Part shown: positions 61,501 through 64,000 of the stretch, in pieces
How positions within the stretch are numbered: position 1 is the stretch's first letter
Layout of the letters: the number at the start of each line of letters is the position of its first letter
Source: Thalia democratica
Lineage: Eukaryota
Assembly (NCBI GenBank): GCA_965202585.1
Contig: OZ241832.1
Span: 58,156,001 to 58,220,000, forward strand
Reading direction: 5' to 3'
Length of the DNA stretch: 64,000 nt
The notes under the pieces: model-generated
Database searches by the model: none
What the model was told of the DNA's origin: nothing
The model's input: only the letters and a program-made list of their open reading frames with translations
Program-made: the position numbers and the translations under genes

Positions 61501-63846
61501 AAACAAATAAAGTTTTTCTCAACAATACCTTCATTTACACTCTTTATCATTTCATATCCATATTTTTTTAATTAATTTGAGTCTCAATAAAAGCATGAAC
61601 AGTTTAAAAAGTGAACTAGAAAATTAGTTATCATTCTGTGTTATATAATCGACACTGCTTTAATATTAAGCTCCTTTTGATACTTCTAATTAATGTTTTA
61701 ATAGCAAAACTAAAGTTAGACTTTAAGATCAAACATTATTCAAGCCTCGTAAACAAATAGCACGGGTAAAAAAAAATCATCCAATTGTTTTTACCTTCAT
61801 TTCGAGCTCCTGCTGATGCTTCTGCTGCAACAAGCTCATCTTCTGCTTCAGCAGCAAATTCTCCTTCTCTCTCTCCTCCATTTTCTGCTGGTGGAGAGCG
61901 TTTTCCTGCCGGCTCGCCACGAGGTGCCTCTTCAGCTGGTGGTTGTTGAACCTCTCTCTGTGGATCTGCTCCTCCTGCGCAGCAATCACCTTCTCCACCT
62001 TCCCTTTGAACTCCTGAATGTTTCAGTTTTTTTTGCTTTTTAAACATCAAAAAAACGTTAAACTTATAATGCATGCCTCATGATGAGTATTTGAGTCATA
62101 CATATCAAAAAGACTATCTGTTTTGTTAGTATTAAGAGTTTTGAAACGTTTTTAAAAACTCAAATAGAATTTAAAGTATTGAATTGCAACTTATCTACTG
62201 AAAATGTCAAAAGCATTACCTAAAAACTCAGTGTTCTTAAATTGAATTTAAAAAATCATAGTTTTTTTTTACTTACAACAAGTTGCTTCTCCTTTTCTTG
62301 AGCTTCATCAGCTGAATCTTCCCTTTCCTCTACGGAGTCTTCCTCCTTTCTTTCCTTTTTATGCTTCTTTGACTTCTTCTTCTTCTTTTCCTTTCCTTTG
62401 TACTCCTGATTTTTTTTGTTTGGTTTTAAATGCTAACTTTTATTACTTAAAAACTGCAGGCTCTTTGTTTTAAAGCGTATAATCTTAAATTTAATAAAGC
62501 TTAAATATAAAGTTTTTTTTTTGTTATATAAAATAACAATTTGATAATTTTTTGAGACGTGTAGTGTATACTTAGGAGACAATGTATAGTTTAGTAACTT
62601 GTTTACATCTTGGAAACTTTAAGTTTACTTTAAGACCTTTTTAACACAAGAAAGATAGTTATAAGAAATAGATTTTACTATTAATACTGTGTTTACAGCA
62701 GTACGATTAGTTACCAATAAAAACAATATTAGTAAACTTTTTTACAAAATCAAAACATGACAGACACTGTGTCAGTCTTTTAAATCGGCTTTAACATCTT
62801 ATTGTTTTTATTAAAAATATAGTTTAAATTTTATTATCATTATAAAACTAACAACTAATTGCATTTCATTTTCTTCCGCTTTTTTCTTTTTGTGTTTCTT
62901 TGACTTCTTTCCTTTGTACTCCTGAGTTTGTTTTTTAATTGTATAAATAAAGTGTTAAATACATATATATATAATTAATAATAACAAAAGTTTATGTGAT
63001 ACTTTGCGCTTAATTGAACTTAAATGGCAGATATAGTCACGATGAACATAAACCTGGTATCAGTCGAAACCAAAAATGGTCAAGTACATTTGCACTAAAA
63101 CGTTCGTTTGTTGGTACAATCAAAAAACTAACAACAAGTTGCTTCTCGTTCTCTTCACCCTCTGAAGTGTACTCACTCTCCTCACTGTACTCCTCTTCCT
63201 CCAACTCAACGATCTTGGCTTCCTGCTCCTTTTGCATCAACGCCATCATCTTCTGCTTCTTCATCATCTTTGTCATCTGTTTTTGCATTCTGTTGTTCTT
63301 CTCTTTGACGAGTCTTATCTCGTTCAAAATTGCCTTGAACTCACTGGAATATTGTATATTTTCTTAACTAATTAATTAAAAAAACACAATATCTAAAAAA
63401 ACTATTTTTTGTTGAATGAAAATATTTAAGATTGCCTTGAACTTACTGTTTTGGCTGACTTAATGTTAGCAAAATGAAACAAAAAAAAACTTTTTTTGAC
63501 TGTTAGCACAAAACCATAGCCTTATTTTTTAAATGTTAATATCTAATTAGAAAAACTGCCAACAGTGCAAACAGTAAAATAAATAAAATACTAATATGCT
63601 GTTAACAAATTTAGAAAATTAAACTTAAACAAACCTTTCGAGGAACACCTTGATGTCTTCCCAGCAAACTCCGAACAGCTCTTCAATCTGGTCCTTCACC
63701 ACACCGGGGCTGTTGATCACGCCGTCAACGGGTGGCTGGGGAGCATTTCTCTTCTTCTTGTGCTTCTTCTGGCTTTCATCGGCTTTCATGCTGTCGTACA
63801 ACTCCATGGCGTTCGACACTCCGTCAATTACGTCATCAGCTTTGAC
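55553..63846 (-). CDS. 5'-truncated gene for a coiled-coil, Lys/Glu/Gln-rich protein (>=736 aa in window), family not recognised
   Basis: 16 in-phase exons in transcript order: 63635-63846, 63133-63343, 62853-62921, 62277-62405, 61795-62013, 61070-61270, 60650-60745, 60305-60412, 59945-60013, 59445-59612, 58762-58914, 58375-58494, 57846-57937, 57498-57546, 57146-57240, 56210-56308, plus terminal exon 55553-55673 (stop TGA). All are AG/GT-bounded with GC3-rich codons. Summed length 2211 nt is divisible by 3. The start lies beyond the right edge. Confidence 0.82.
56858..56962 (-). mobile_element. Truncated copy (left end) of the same MITE family
   Basis: Reverse complement starts CAGGGTTTCCCAAAGTGGTCC and contains TTTGAAACTTACACTAGATATTCTGGAGTTGCAGATGAGGAG. 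Confidence 0.7.
57675..57840. repeat. Minisatellite, 32-bp unit x5, abutting a donor site of the minus-strand gene
   Basis: AAAAATTTGAATGTAAATTAACT(G/A)CT(G/A)AATAT repeated five times with alternating variants. Confidence 0.9.
58404..59500 (-). repeat. Intragenic tandem duplication spanning an intron
   Basis: ~58404-58710 is repeated at ~58823-59130, and ~58725-58815 is repeated at ~59405-59500. Confidence 0.9.
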
Positions 63847-64000
63847 CTGGATGAATGGGAGGTTTAGTAAAATAGTGTTTAATTAAAATTATGTAAAATT
63901 GTGTCTACAACTACTAAGTTAACTAAGGAACGATTAATCAGAGTCATCTATTTGAATTGCATGAAGGTTTGCGTGAAAATTTAAAACTTTTTCTGCTGTT

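Noticed and set aside
24635-63886. Antisense or alternative-frame ORFs over real exons (e.g. 24684-, 25963-, 26420-, 55478+, 58744+, 59427+, 61736-, 61816+, 63014+, 63650+)
   Set aside because: They are shadows of GC-rich coding exons, with no independent splice or homology support.

Overview
Eukaryotic, very AT-rich genomic DNA with GT-AG introns and GC-richer exons. No prokaryotic features are present. An invertebrate chordate (probably a tunicate) is inferred from an NMNAT2-type gene. Three multi-exon genes were reconstructed by hand with consistent splice phases. (1) + strand 9621-27361: a 43-exon gene for a ~2747-aa protein with an N-terminal hydrophobic signal/anchor and 42 Sushi/CCP modules. 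Its core is an 11-kb tandem array of 33 near-identical exon+intron units (189-nt phase 1-1 exon + 150-152-nt intron). The introns are as homogenised as the exons, all exons keep frame, and the repeated module lacks the canonical CCP Trp. (2) + strand 36396-51843: an 11-exon NMNAT2-like gene (~378 aa) with the palmitoylation-type CC motif, several substituted active-site residues, and duplicated decoy splice sites. (3) - strand 55553 to beyond 63846: a 5'-truncated coiled-coil gene with duplicated exons and one chimeric exon. Also present: a non-autonomous hAT element with a perfect 8-bp TSD, a hAT-type MITE family, other inverted-repeat elements, a decayed LTR-retrotransposon integrase tail, a tRNA-like SINE head, and simple repeats. 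All homology calls come from motif recognition, not database searches.
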